IMG/VR virus record: IMGVR_UViG_3300033069_001185
Coordinates: 64,386-128,385 of that record
From: a virus
Lineage: Duplodnaviria; Caudoviricetes
Strand: one strand, 5' to 3'
DNA: 64,000 nucleotides
Shown: positions 1 to 10,130 of the stretch, piece by piece
Layout: every line of letters starts with the position of its first letter
Numbering within the stretch: position 1 is the stretch's first letter
Notes under the pieces: model-generated
What the model was told of the DNA's origin: nothing
Seen by the model: the letters and a program-made list of their open reading frames with translations, nothing else
Database searches by the model: none
Position numbers and translations under genes: made by a program

Positions 1-1
1 A

Positions 2-322
2 AAGCCCATGGGCGGTATTGTTACCCAAGCAAAAGCTGGTCAAAGCTATCATAGCTACGGTATTGCTGTAGATTTTTGCCCCGACAAAGACAAAACCCGT
101 GCTGGCCTACAGCCGGACTGGAACAGAGCTTCATATCAAATCCTAGCAGAAGAGGCTACCAAGCTTGGGCTGGAAGCCGGATACTATTGGAAATTCGTTG
201 ACAACCCTCACGTTCAATTGAAAATTTCTAAGAATGGGCTAACTCTTTTTGACTTGCAAAAGGCCTATGGCAATGGCGGACCCAAGGCCGTCGAGGCGCT
301 GTTAAATAAGTTTTCGTGGTAA
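2..322 (+). CDS. Endolysin, peptidase M15 (L-Ala-D-Glu peptidase-like), 5'-truncated by the window edge
   Basis: Motifs GQSYHSYGIAVDF (SxHxxGxAxD) and DNPHVQL; frame is open to the window start. Confidence 0.85.
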   Translation, partial: KPMGGIVTQAKAGQSYHSYGIAVDFCPDKDKTRAGLQPDWNRASYQILAEEATKLGLEAGYYWKFVDNPHVQLKISKNGLTLFDLQKAYGNGGPKAVEALLNKFSW

Positions 323-345
323 TCTTTCAGTCTAAGAGGCAATAA

Positions 346-2241
346 ATGTCCGGTAGAGTAATCCCCGCCAAACAAGATACCATTATCACAGCAGGTGCTG
401 GTGGCGCTGCTACGATCTCATCAGGCTCCATCCAGTCTTATTTCAAAAAGGCTCGTGTTTGGCTTAACAATATCGGTCAGCCTTCGGTTGAAGCTCTTAT
501 TGTTGATATCGATGTACCAACTTCGACTCTTTATATCAGAATTTTGACCGGCAATCCAAATCCGGAGTACGGCTACAGTAACATTAGTGCCTATGCTGGC
601 GGACTTATCTTCCAAAACGAACAGATTTGGTACGACGCTCCCCAACTAGTAACATTAACCAATGGCTCAACCGGTGGAGGAGGAGATGCTTCAGAAGCAA
701 CTCTAGTTCAAGTCCGCGATTCAGTCAAGGCCCAGATTGGCATTGCTGCAACACTTTGGACCGACGACTCTGGGGCGTATTACACCCGCAGAGAGTTGGT
801 TAACCAAGGAACCGGTGCGATTACCATTGTTTGGGTCAATGCTGCCGGTGCTCCTGTCACTCCGGGTGTCGGTCTTCGTCCTGCTACAGGATCTGGCGGC
901 TCTTCTGGCGGTCTTACTGATGCAGAACTCCGTGCAACTCCTGTTCCAGTCTCCGTCAGCAGTCTGCCCTTGCCAGCAAGTGCTTCTACTCTTGCAGAAC
1001 AACAAGCTCAAACGACTAAGCTGACCGCTATTGATAACAAGATCCCTGTTGTGGGTCAGTCAAATATGGCTGGCTCGTTGCCGGTTGTTATTGCTAGCAA
1101 TCAAAGTGTTCTTAGCATTCAGGCTTCTTCTTTGCCGCTTCCTTTGGGTGCTGCCACCGAAGCGACTCTTGCTTCAATTCTAACAAACACTGCCGCCCTC
1201 GACGCTCCTATTTCCGGTCTGGCAACTCAGGCAACTCTTGCCAACATCAACTCAAAGATAACGGCCTGCAATACCGGTGCCGTAGTCATTACTTCATCTG
1301 CCCTACCTACAGGAGCGGCTACCTCAGCGCTGCAAACCACAGGTAATACCACTTTATCCAGTATTGATACACGACTATCAAATCCGCTAACTGTTACCGG
1401 TCCGCTCACCGATGCTCAGCTAAGAGCTACCGCCGTTCCTGTCTCAGCCGCTTCTCTACCGCTACCTACTGGCGCGGCTACGGAATCAACCTTAGCCACA
1501 CGTCTTTCTGAGGCTGGGTTTCAAGCAAGAATCAATACCCTTGGTCAGAAAACGATGGCGAACTCAACGCCTGTTGTTATTTCGTCCGATCAATCAAGTC
1601 TGCCAGTTACCGCTTCGTCGTTGCCGCTTCCGTCAGGCGCAGCAAGTGCGGCCAACCAAACCACAATCGGTGCGCAAACAACCAAAATAAACGACGGAAC
1701 AAATACCGCTGCCGTTACCGCAGCAAACGCCCTTAAAGTAGATGGCTCTGCGGTAACCCAACCCGTCTCAGGCACCGTTGCCGTTAGCAACCTATCCACC
1801 CTATCCACACTAGCAGAACAGCAAACGCAAACCACCGCACTGTCGACTGCAAATGCCAGTCTCGCTAGTATTGATACAAAGACACCAAGCCTCGGACAGG
1901 CTATTGCTAATACATCCGTTCCTGTTGTGTTGGCTTCAGATCAGTCGGCAGTTCCTGTCTCTTTTTCTGTTGCGTCAACTCTCCAGACCTCAGACGAATC
2001 GACACCATGGCTTCGTAGAATAGCAAAGCTATCAGAGTCATTGTCTGTGGTAGACTCGGCACAGCGCCAGCGTATCTCTTTAGATTCGATCGCGGCTGGC
2101 GTAACTTTACCCACCGTTACGTCTGTCGGTACTGTTACCACCGTTACGGGTGTCACTACTATGGCCGGTATGGATCGTGAAATGTATATCAATATCGCAC
2201 GCCAAACGTATGCCATGTGCATTCGTGCTAAAATAACGTAA
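346..2241 (+). CDS. Tail fibre / virion appendage protein with internal repeats
   Basis: Ala/Thr/Ser-rich; repeats LTDA[EQ]LRAT.VPVS (x2), GQ......PVV[IL].S[ND]QS (x3), SLPLP.GAA; N-terminal module shared with 4868 and 5809. Confidence 0.65.
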   Translation: MSGRVIPAKQDTIITAGAGGAATISSGSIQSYFKKARVWLNNIGQPSVEALIVDIDVPTSTLYIRILTGNPNPEYGYSNISAYAGGLIFQNEQIWYDAPQLVTLTNGSTGGGGDASEATLVQVRDSVKAQIGIAATLWTDDSGAYYTRRELVNQGTGAITIVWVNAAGAPVTPGVGLRPATGSGGSSGGLTDAELRATPVPVSVSSLPLPASASTLAEQQAQTTKLTAIDNKIPVVGQSNMAGSLPVVIASNQSVLSIQASSLPLPLGAATEATLASILTNTAALDAPISGLATQATLANINSKITACNTGAVVITSSALPTGAATSALQTTGNTTLSSIDTRLSNPLTVTGPLTDAQLRATAVPVSAASLPLPTGAATESTLATRLSEAGFQARINTLGQKTMANSTPVVISSDQSSLPVTASSLPLPSGAASAANQTTIGAQTTKINDGTNTAAVTAANALKVDGSAVTQPVSGTVAVSNLSTLSTLAEQQTQTTALSTANASLASIDTKTPSLGQAIANTSVPVVLASDQSAVPVSFSVASTLQTSDESTPWLRRIAKLSESLSVVDSAQRQRISLDSIAAGVTLPTVTSVGTVTTVTGVTTMAGMDREMYINIARQTYAMCIRAKIT

Positions 2242-2259
2242 AAAGGAAACTAAAACAAT

Positions 2260-4863
2260 ATGGCTATCACCAATTCGCTTAAAAAGCAAGTCGATCTTCC
2301 TGTTTGGGAATGGACCCGTTTTGCTCCTGCTGCCTCTTCGGCCATTTCGTGCTCATGCTCAGCAGATAACTCTCTACACCATGAACAGAACGGAAGATAC
2401 ATTTATTATCTGATCGCTGCTTCTGGTTTTTGGCGTTACGATACCGTTACGGATACTTACGTACAATTAACTTCTCCTGCCGTTGCGCCTGCAACTTGGT
2501 CTTCGATGAAGTTCAGTGGTGCATATGGACAGGATGGCTTGGCGATTGCGGCGACTTCAAACACCATTACTGTCGCGGGACATTTCGGTAAAGTTCTGGA
2601 AGGTTTTGATATTCTTATTGTTAGCGGGACTGGTCGTGGGCAGCGCAGGACGATAACCAACGTTGCAGAGGCGGTTTCTGCTGATTCCGGCATCGTAACT
2701 GCTGTATCAAACGTAGCCGGTACTATCTCAATCACCGATACTACCAAAGCTTGGTCTGTAAATCAATGGGTTGGTTATAACGTTCGCATCACAGGTAACA
2801 CTGGTGTAGGTCAAGTCCGTAAAGTTCTATACAATTCTTCTACTGTAATCACCCTTGGCGACGTAAACCGATCTGCCGATAACATTTGGTGCAATCCTGC
2901 TGTGTTTTCGCCAGCTATCAATGCCACGGCTGGTACTCAAGCGAATTATTCCATCGAATCAAGCGTAGCTACGGTAGACAGCAATTGGTCCGTTACTCCA
3001 GATACCACTTCTCAGTACCGAATTCAATCAGGCGCGATCAGCCTTGTTTCTTCTGCGGCGGCGACCCCCTTTTACACTAACCAATGGTATGATATTGCTA
3101 CGGATACTTGGTATGTACGCACGTCTGGAACCCTTACCTTCGCAACGGTAGGTACGGACGGGGCAGTAGAAAGACTGGTCGAAAATGCAACCATTTGGGA
3201 CCGTAGCACCGCTACTGGCGGCACAACCACCACTCTGGTAGATACGAATCAGTCTTGGACGACAAATCAATGGGCTGGCTATTGGGTACGAATCTACAGC
3301 GGGACGGGTGAAGGCCAGATCCGCCAGATCTTTTCAAACACCGATACTACGTTAACGTGGTCAACTGTTGGCACAGCCCCTACGACGACCAGCAAATATA
3401 TCATTGAAGGTTTTGACTGCGGAACCGCTACCTCAGGTGCGGCTTCCACACTAACCGATTCCACGAAATCGTGGACTACCAATCAATGGGCCAACTATGC
3501 GGTCAAAATTACTGCCGGTACTGGTATTGGACAAGTGGCGGCGATTGCTAGCAATACGGGCACGGCACTTACCATTGTCAAGCCTTGGACCACCAATCCA
3601 GACAACACCTCTGTCTATTGTATTCAGGGAGATTCCGACAAGCAATTGCTGATGCTGGGCGGCTCAGCCGGTACGCTAATTCAAAACATCAATGACGATC
3701 TGCCATCATGGGGTAGACTGATTGATTCTGGCGCGGCAAGAAGTGCCTCGGTTCAGTTTGACGATCAAAAGGCTGTAGCCATTGCCTCAGTGTCTAACGC
3801 TACTACTACTGCAACGGTTACCACAACAGTCAGCCATTCTTTTAAGGTTGGTCAATCGGTCGTCGTTCGCGGCTGTACTGATGCTAACTTTAACGGTACT
3901 TTCACTATCGCAACCGTGCCATCGCTTACTACCTTTACTTATACCATGGGTGGTACTCCGGCGTCTACAACCTTAGCAAACGCCCAATCCACCACAACCC
4001 TTTCGGATGCTACTAAGTCTTGGACTGTAAACCAGTGGGCTGGATTCATGGTCTATATGACCACCACAGCCGTGACTGCGGGTACTGGGGCGGCCACGAT
4101 GCAAGCGTTTCAGATCGCCAGCAATACGGCCACTACATTAACATTCGTTGCGGCTGGTACTGCACCTACTAACGGCGTTTCGCGCTATGTCATTGCCCCT
4201 AGATCTGCGGTCGGAGCGTTGGACAACGGTATCGCTACTGGTGCCCAGTCAACCACAACCCTACAAGACACCACAAAGACATGGGTCGTAAACATCTTTG
4301 CTGGTAAGCGTGTTAAGTTCCTTGGCGGAACCGGTATTTCTCAAGAATTGCTTATTACGTCTAATACTTCGAATACTCTAACATTCGGTGTCGCTACCGC
4401 TCCTGTAGCTGGCGCTACTAGCTATGCTATTTTGGAACAACCAGCTCGTGGTACTGGAACCACGCTTAACTGGGGCTTCGGACAAAGCGCTCCTACCCAT
4501 AAGGGCCGATATATGTTTAGTGCTCGTGGTGGCGCGGCCATCGGCTTTGACCGTCTCGACATTCCAACCGATCGCTGGCAGTTAATGCCAATCACTCCGC
4601 AAATTGAAACCCTAACAACCGGTTCGATGTATGCATATGACGGCAGAGACAGGCTGTACTTTACAAAAGACGCTACCCAGCGCGTATACTATCTCGATAT
4701 TGTTACAAACACGGTCCATGGCGCTTCTATGTTCCCATATGCTGCCCCGGTGGCTGTGATCGGAAACCGTATGGAGATTTTTGAAACGGTTGATGGGCTA
4801 AAATACCTATGGCTTAACCGCTCGTCATTCACAGAATGCTTCCGCACCTTGCTGTTCTACTAA
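2260..4863 (+). CDS. Tail fibre / adhesin-like protein with five T[LI]xDxTKxWxxNQW repeats and kelch-like strands
   Basis: ITDTTKAWSVNQW, LVDTNQSWTTNQW, LTDSTKSWTTNQW, LSDATKSWTVNQW, LQDTTKTWVVNIF; propeller-like RYDTVTDTY, WYDIATDTW, RLDIPTDRW. Confidence 0.65.
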   Translation: MAITNSLKKQVDLPVWEWTRFAPAASSAISCSCSADNSLHHEQNGRYIYYLIAASGFWRYDTVTDTYVQLTSPAVAPATWSSMKFSGAYGQDGLAIAATSNTITVAGHFGKVLEGFDILIVSGTGRGQRRTITNVAEAVSADSGIVTAVSNVAGTISITDTTKAWSVNQWVGYNVRITGNTGVGQVRKVLYNSSTVITLGDVNRSADNIWCNPAVFSPAINATAGTQANYSIESSVATVDSNWSVTPDTTSQYRIQSGAISLVSSAAATPFYTNQWYDIATDTWYVRTSGTLTFATVGTDGAVERLVENATIWDRSTATGGTTTTLVDTNQSWTTNQWAGYWVRIYSGTGEGQIRQIFSNTDTTLTWSTVGTAPTTTSKYIIEGFDCGTATSGAASTLTDSTKSWTTNQWANYAVKITAGTGIGQVAAIASNTGTALTIVKPWTTNPDNTSVYCIQGDSDKQLLMLGGSAGTLIQNINDDLPSWGRLIDSGAARSASVQFDDQKAVAIASVSNATTTATVTTTVSHSFKVGQSVVVRGCTDANFNGTFTIATVPSLTTFTYTMGGTPASTTLANAQSTTTLSDATKSWTVNQWAGFMVYMTTTAVTAGTGAATMQAFQIASNTATTLTFVAAGTAPTNGVSRYVIAPRSAVGALDNGIATGAQSTTTLQDTTKTWVVNIFAGKRVKFLGGTGISQELLITSNTSNTLTFGVATAPVAGATSYAILEQPARGTGTTLNWGFGQSAPTHKGRYMFSARGGAAIGFDRLDIPTDRWQLMPITPQIETLTTGSMYAYDGRDRLYFTKDATQRVYYLDIVTNTVHGASMFPYAAPVAVIGNRMEIFETVDGLKYLWLNRSSFTECFRTLLFY

Positions 4864-4867
4864 CATT

Positions 4868-5797
4868 ATGTCAGGTTTATTGCTGCCAGATTCGAGAATT
4901 ACTGTAACAGCGGCTGCTGCTAATGGTTATTTGACTGTTAGCTCAACTAGCGGTCTATACGTTAAAACTATTTGCTGGCTTACTCTTACCAGCGGTGCAA
5001 GCCCAGTACAAGTAGAAATCACCGAAATCTCAGGTACTAGTGTGGGAGTTCGGTTTGTACAATCCATCGGCTCAGGACCGAATTACGGCAGATCGAACGT
5101 TTCTGCTTACAATGCCGGTGGGTACTTGTATCAAAACGAACAGTTTTTGTATCGTTCTGGAGACATTGCGGCGTTGGGTATTCTAGCAACAGGCCTTGAG
5201 GCTTACTGGAAGATGGATGACGGTACGGATTCTACCGGTAACCACAACCTAACTCTTAGTAACATCACATTTGCTCCCGGTAAGATCGGAAACGCCGCAA
5301 ACTACAATAGCATAACAAGTACTGTCATTGCTCCGAGTCTTGACATTTTGACTAACCTGACGGTATCGGCTTGGGTCTACCCCACCCAGCATGCTGATTA
5401 CTATACGATAGCTGCGCATATGATTGGTGGCGGTTGGCTCGACACCAACTATCATTTGATCATGCTTCCGGCTGGTGATGTTGCGCTGTTTGGTACAGGA
5501 GACACAGGCATTACCAATTCTTCTATTATGCCTCTGAATACTTGGACGCATGTTGTAGCCACAAGAACCACAACCGGTTACACGGAAATGTGGACAAACG
5601 GTGTAAAAACCAACACCGGCACGGGACCAGCACCGCATTCTGTGCCTGCTGGGTTAGTTTACGTTGGGTGTCGTGGAGATTCTTATTCCTATTGGCAGGG
5701 CGCAATCGATGAAGTAGGTATTTGGTCTAGAGTGTTACCAGACGATCAGATCGCTATGCTATACAACGCAGGTTCTGGAATCAGTTATCCATTTTAA
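4868..5797 (+). CDS. LamG / concanavalin-A-like domain virion protein
   Basis: AYWKMDD, GKIGNA, TVSAWVYP, WTHVVAT, GAIDEVGIWSRVL typical of Laminin_G_3. Confidence 0.8.
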   Translation: MSGLLLPDSRITVTAAAANGYLTVSSTSGLYVKTICWLTLTSGASPVQVEITEISGTSVGVRFVQSIGSGPNYGRSNVSAYNAGGYLYQNEQFLYRSGDIAALGILATGLEAYWKMDDGTDSTGNHNLTLSNITFAPGKIGNAANYNSITSTVIAPSLDILTNLTVSAWVYPTQHADYYTIAAHMIGGGWLDTNYHLIMLPAGDVALFGTGDTGITNSSIMPLNTWTHVVATRTTTGYTEMWTNGVKTNTGTGPAPHSVPAGLVYVGCRGDSYSYWQGAIDEVGIWSRVLPDDQIAMLYNAGSGISYPF

Positions 5798-5808
5798 GGA
5801 GTTTTGAT

Positions 5809-6111
5809 ATGGCTGGAAAATTAATCAATGAAGTCAGAGCAACAGTAACGGCGGCTACCGCTGCCGGATACTTGACCGTCAGTTCGGCTACAGGTCTGTA
5901 TGTCAATGCATATGGCTGGCTCACGCTGACTGCTGGTGGCTCTCAGGTACGGGTACAGATTACCAGTATTTCTGGTACAACCATTGGCGTTAAGCTGGTA
6001 GGCAATGTGCCCAACTATGGCAGATCTGACGTAAGTGCGTATAATGCCGGTGGATATCTTAATCAAGAGGCGCAGTTGATTTACAATCCGAATGACAAGC
6101 CACTTGATTAA
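5809..6111 (+). CDS. Stand-alone copy of the N-terminal module of 4868 and 346 (virion adaptor?)
   Basis: TVTAATAAGYLTVSS...PNYGRSDVSAYNAGGYL closely matches the N-terminus of 4868. Confidence 0.7.
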   Translation: MAGKLINEVRATVTAATAAGYLTVSSATGLYVNAYGWLTLTAGGSQVRVQITSISGTTIGVKLVGNVPNYGRSDVSAYNAGGYLNQEAQLIYNPNDKPLD

Positions 6112-6114
6112 TAC

Positions 6115-6531
6115 TTACCATAAATTTGCATAAAGTCGATACATATCGTCTAGATTGGCCGTAACATCACCAACATCACCTAATAGCAAGTCATTTGCAT
6201 CTGCCACAAGAAAATATTTGTTAGGACCAAACATAATGGCGCAGGGCGAGTAGGTGCTTAGGGCAAAATTCTTAGCCTCAAGAATGCTTAGATCTAGCAC
6301 ACAGTTTGAAAAACAGGCTCCTTCTACATCAGCACCGAAGAAGTCGATTCTATCCATTTTTAATGTACCAACCTTTTGAAACTTAGAAGAACTGAAGTCA
6401 ATTCCTCGCAAATCCATATTGCTAAAATTTGCTCGACAGCCGGTCCGCTTACTACCGTGTCTAAGCTGATATAGCCATGCGTGATGTTCTCGTACTGAGT
6501 TTATAACCTCGGTGTAAGAAGGTCTATACAT
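6115..6531 (-). CDS. Pentapeptide-repeat protein with C-terminal NxDD tag
   Basis: MYRPS start, H..WL...G.RANFSNMDL, C-terminal NLDDMYRLY. Confidence 0.75.
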   Translation of the reverse strand: MYRPSYTEVINSVREHHAWLYQLRHGSKRTGCRANFSNMDLRGIDFSSSKFQKVGTLKMDRIDFFGADVEGACFSNCVLDLSILEAKNFALSTYSPCAIMFGPNKYFLVADANDLLLGDVGDVTANLDDMYRLYANLW

Positions 6532-6973
6532 ATAGATGCTCGAATAGTCGATAGAAATCGTCTATATTCAGACTATGTGGTCCATGTGGCCCATTCGACG
6601 AAGACATGAGATGAGCCAGATCTTTAAATTGTAAGTCCGGACATGCTTTCAAATAAAACCCGGCCCCTATTTTAGTTTCGTATGCGATATAGATGATGTT
6701 CTCTTGGGAGCTACTACTCCGTAGCGCAGCGCTAATAGCTCCTTTGGCATGAAATAGCCAAGTAGCTGTGATTATGCATGTAGAGATATTCGCGCTTTCG
6801 AAATTGGTCCGACTATCATAAATCACGCTTGTAAAATCCCAGCCCTTAAGATCCATACCAGACACATCCATACAGCTAAGATCGGCCCGCGCTCCGGTTC
6901 GTCCAGCAGTATCTAACCATGATATATGGTCAGCACACATTATATCGATATCATACTGCGTAGGCCTATACAT
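6524..6973 (-). CDS. Pentapeptide-repeat protein with C-terminal NxDD tag
   Basis: MYRPT start, HISWL..GARADLSCMDV, C-terminal NIDDFYRLF. Confidence 0.75.
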   Translation of the reverse strand: MYRPTQYDIDIMCADHISWLDTAGRTGARADLSCMDVSGMDLKGWDFTSVIYDSRTNFESANISTCIITATWLFHAKGAISAALRSSSSQENIIYIAYETKIGAGFYLKACPDLQFKDLAHLMSSSNGPHGPHSLNIDDFYRLFEHLYV

Positions 6974-6976
6974 GGT

Positions 6977-7348
6977 TTACCGAAAGTCTTCAGGCAATGT
7001 TTGCCACTGTCCATTCCGATACATGGTAAACATTCCAACCAGACCTGTTTGATCTTCAATGATAAAGATCGCAGCGTCCCGTTCGTCATCAACGATCGAC
7101 GTAGCAAACAACGCGCTCTTAAGCTTTACTTTGGTTTGGGTTGCTCGGCTTACGTCTGAGCACATACCCTTGACACTATTCGTAATCGAAAGTCGTCGTG
7201 CGGCTTTCTTTGCTGCATCGTACTCGTAACCTCCATCTTGGACCTGATTCACAACGCCAGCGTCTGGCTTTGACTGTTTGACAGTAGGAACCGGAGTGTC
7301 AACCGATACTCCGGCAGAAAGAATGATAGCAATCAATAGGTTTTTCAT
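6977..7348 (-). CDS. Hypothetical secreted/membrane protein
   Basis: Signal-like N-terminus MKNLLIAIILSAG; coupled to the upstream def stop. Confidence 0.55.
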   Translation of the reverse strand: MKNLLIAIILSAGVSVDTPVPTVKQSKPDAGVVNQVQDGGYEYDAAKKAARRLSITNSVKGMCSDVSRATQTKVKLKSALFATSIVDDERDAAIFIIEDQTGLVGMFTMYRNGQWQTLPEDFR

Positions 7349-7818
7349 TTGTATTTCCTCATGTTACCACGAATAAGTTGTCTGCGAGCAGGTGTTAGAA
7401 AATCCACGAACAATACACCTTTCATATGGTCGTGTTCGTGTTGTAGCACATGTCCAAGCAATCCATCCACAGTTTCTGTGGTGTGTTTCATTTGAAGATC
7501 GTCGTACTCGATATCAATACTCTCGTATCGCCTGACAGTATCAAAAAAACCCGGCAAAGACAGACAGCCTTCCAGCATTGGGACTTTGGGTTGGGTAGAT
7601 TTTACCTTCAGGTTCAAATATACCTGAAGACCTTTGCCAACGTCGGCAACGATAACTTGTTTGAGAACGCCAATCTGAACCGCAGATAGCCCTACGCCAC
7701 CTGCGATCTTCATGGATTCATGCATATCAGACACTAGCTGTTTGATATCGTCCGTTACTTCAGCCACAGGCTCGCTTATTTTCTTAAGAGTAGGGTGTGG
7801 CCAAAGCAAGATTTTCAC
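7345..7818 (-). CDS. def: Peptide deformylase
   Basis: All three PDF motifs: GVGLSAVQIG, EGCLS, QHEHDH. Confidence 0.95.
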   Translation of the reverse strand: MKILLWPHPTLKKISEPVAEVTDDIKQLVSDMHESMKIAGGVGLSAVQIGVLKQVIVADVGKGLQVYLNLKVKSTQPKVPMLEGCLSLPGFFDTVRRYESIDIEYDDLQMKHTTETVDGLLGHVLQHEHDHMKGVLFVDFLTPARRQLIRGNMRKYK

Positions 7819-7827
7819 AGTAATCCT

Positions 7828-8154
7828 TTAATTGAGTAGATCGTCGTCTTTGCGCTTATCCCCAACACCGCCCAGCAAGTCTTTGATTTCTTGCTCAAGA
7901 TTGGACATCTGCGCTTTCATTGAGGTCGAATTCAAAAGCCCAAGCGCCTTCTGAAGCTCTTCCTCTTGCTTGAGTTCTTCTGGAGTAAGCTGACCGAACT
8001 CAGCGAACATCGAATTACAGCGGGTACATGCATGTACTTCTACAGTACCGTTTCCTTCAGACTTTGCCTGAATAAATCTGGGGAGGGTCTGTCCAGCCTT
8101 CCATTTTTGGTGGCCAACAACAGCGCATTTGATTTTATTGAGTAGGTTTTTCAT
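7828..8154 (-). CDS. Hypothetical protein (C..GH..CxxC)
   Basis: ORF in operon context; ATG overlaps the upstream stop. Confidence 0.55.
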   Translation of the reverse strand: MKNLLNKIKCAVVGHQKWKAGQTLPRFIQAKSEGNGTVEVHACTRCNSMFAEFGQLTPEELKQEEELQKALGLLNSTSMKAQMSNLEQEIKDLLGGVGDKRKDDDLLN

Positions 8155-8372
8155 TGTTTTTCCCATTTGTCACAGACATTACATTCAGTTTCTTGGTTAT
8201 ACCAAACTTCACAGCCGTTTTCTCCATAAACCATACAAAGCAGTTGTTGGCAAGTATCTGTATGGGACTGTACACATTTGTAGTTAAATTCTCTGTATAT
8301 CTGACCACCGAAGATAAATAGCGCTCCGGCAACAAGGAAAACGAAACAGAATTCAAACCAATCAATCTTCAT
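8151..8372 (-). CDS. Small Cys-rich membrane protein
   Basis: N-terminal TM segment followed by 6 Cys. Confidence 0.55.
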   Translation of the reverse strand: MKIDWFEFCFVFLVAGALFIFGGQIYREFNYKCVQSHTDTCQQLLCMVYGENGCEVWYNQETECNVCDKWEKQ

Positions 8373-8664
8373 TGTTTAGATATTGCTTCAGTTCGTTGTT
8401 TTTGTCAAGGCCCTTCTTTTGATATACAATCTGGCTTTTATCAATAACCATTACAACAGGTACAGCTTGGATTTTGTAATCTTCGTGAAGATCTGACTTC
8501 GTGCAATCAATCTTCACGAACGTTGCGTCTACTTCGTCCTCTAGCTCTTCTAGCTGAATAGCGGTCTGTTTGCAAGGCTGGCAGGTTGGCGTGCAAAAGA
8601 AAACAACAGTAGGTCCTGAATCCAATACTGCGGCAAGGGCTTCTTTGGTAGTAATTTCAATCAT
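8362..8664 (-). CDS. trxA: Thioredoxin
   Basis: CQPC active site, FVKID, IQAVP, 100 aa. Confidence 0.88.
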   Translation of the reverse strand: MIEITTKEALAAVLDSGPTVVFFCTPTCQPCKQTAIQLEELEDEVDATFVKIDCTKSDLHEDYKIQAVPVVMVIDKSQIVYQKKGLDKNNELKQYLNNED

Positions 8665-8831
8665 TTGAGTAGATCTCTCTTCTTTAGCTTGAGGGTTTTG
8701 ATTAGCTTATTAAGATTAGCGGCAACCGACTTATTAAGCTTATTCGAAGGCTCGGCCTGCAAAAAGTACCGAAGAACCAGCCTGTCTTCACCCTCGCCTA
8801 CACGCACTACTATATCAATCTTAGTTTTCAT
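8661..8831 (-). CDS. Small hypothetical protein (56 aa, MKTKIDIVVRV...), not in the ORF track
   Basis: Fills the gap exactly with ATGA overlaps on both sides. Confidence 0.55.
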   Translation of the reverse strand: MKTKIDIVVRVGEGEDRLVLRYFLQAEPSNKLNKSVAANLNKLIKTLKLKKRDLLK

Positions 8832-9817
8832 TTATGTTCAGTCCCGCTGTTGCGCATTTTATATTCTTCGCTCACTGCCTTCAGGACCACACGACCGACT
8901 TCCATATCGAATGTTTCCTTGGTTGGTCGCAAAATCACACCTTCCCGGATTGTATTGGCATCCAACGTAGACATGCCTGACCGGAGAGCTAGAACTTCTT
9001 CTGTGAAAGGGCCTCTGTAGAGTTCCGGAACGTTTTCCAGACCCACAGAATTCACCATCGCAACCCGATCGTCATAATCCAGAAACTTTCGGGCAACAGT
9101 GTCAAAAATATCAAAGACCTTGAACCTAAAACCCTCTTCCGGAGGAACTCCATACTTAAGGTCTTGAACCGCTCCATATGTTTCTCCAAAGAAGGCCATG
9201 TTAGGACAAGCCTTCAGCCTGTTCTCCAAATCATACTTCAGGGCGATTTTCCACCACAGGCTGTTACCGTCCTTCTTTTTGATGCACCCGTGACTACCAA
9301 CCCACAGACGATCATCCTTGTACAAGAAGCGACTATTGCACCCATGGATCTTTTCTGTGACTACAACGTCTTCTCCGGACTTCAATACCGGATACTTGAA
9401 ATAAGACTCAACGGAATATACTGGCATGTACTGAGGATCTGACTCATTGTCGGTCCTCATACTGAAATCTTCCGGCTCTACATACTTGGTTACTCCAAGA
9501 GATTCGGAAGCTTCTTGACCCTCTTGCATATCGATACTGGGCTTAATCAGAACGCCTTCTGAATAGATACCGCGAAGACGAACCGGCTTGATTCTGTATG
9601 TACCGCCTTTGCCCTTCTTATCCAAGAAGGAGAACTCCGGACGGGCTAGATCTACTACTGCGTCATAAGGAACATAAACGGCCAGATCCCCAACAGAGAA
9701 TTGCTCTGTTCTGAAAATGACGTTCTGGCCGAAAACCTGTGTTATTGATAGAGAATCAGCATTTGGGTGCTTGCCAAGCTTATCAATCTTAACGACCTGT
9801 ACGCTGAAATTGCTCAT
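8828..9817 (-). CDS. RNA ligase, DRB0094 (Rnl5)-like
   Basis: N-terminal HPNADSL OB-like domain; motif I TEKIHG, FGE, FDI, REGV, LK. Confidence 0.88.
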   Translation of the reverse strand: MSNFSVQVVKIDKLGKHPNADSLSITQVFGQNVIFRTEQFSVGDLAVYVPYDAVVDLARPEFSFLDKKGKGGTYRIKPVRLRGIYSEGVLIKPSIDMQEGQEASESLGVTKYVEPEDFSMRTDNESDPQYMPVYSVESYFKYPVLKSGEDVVVTEKIHGCNSRFLYKDDRLWVGSHGCIKKKDGNSLWWKIALKYDLENRLKACPNMAFFGETYGAVQDLKYGVPPEEGFRFKVFDIFDTVARKFLDYDDRVAMVNSVGLENVPELYRGPFTEEVLALRSGMSTLDANTIREGVILRPTKETFDMEVGRVVLKAVSEEYKMRNSGTEHK

Positions 9818-9820
9818 TGG

Positions 9821-10130
9821 TTATCCCCAAAATAGTCTATAGCAATCATCCAGATTAATGATTGTGTTGTGACTATACACTTCTATCTGGTCAATTGTCA
9901 ATGACGGTCTATCTTTTTCTTTAGAATTAATATACACACCCTAGCGTTCCGCAAAACAAAACGCAACTTAGGTGTGAGCCAGTAAAATCACAATATCGAC
10001 AATCAGATCCCGAAAAGTCAATACCAAGAAGGTGGTATCCGGCGAAGTTTGCATGGGACAGATTCATTTTCGTAAAACTACCTCGGCCATAAAGAATTTT
10101 TCTGATTTCTTTTTGAGTAGGTCTCTACAT
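9821..10130 (-). pseudogene. Pseudogene of the MYRP[ST]/pentapeptide/NxDD family
   Basis: Reads M*RPTQKEI...MNLSHANFAG...IDFSGSDC, then after a 1-nt frameshift GVYINSK...INLDDCYRLFWG*; 310 nt. Confidence 0.75.

Noticed and set aside
9821-10130. Stop-codon reassignment (TAG read-through)
   Set aside because: Core genes translate full length in the standard code, some end in TAG (e.g. dam), and this ORF also carries a frameshift.
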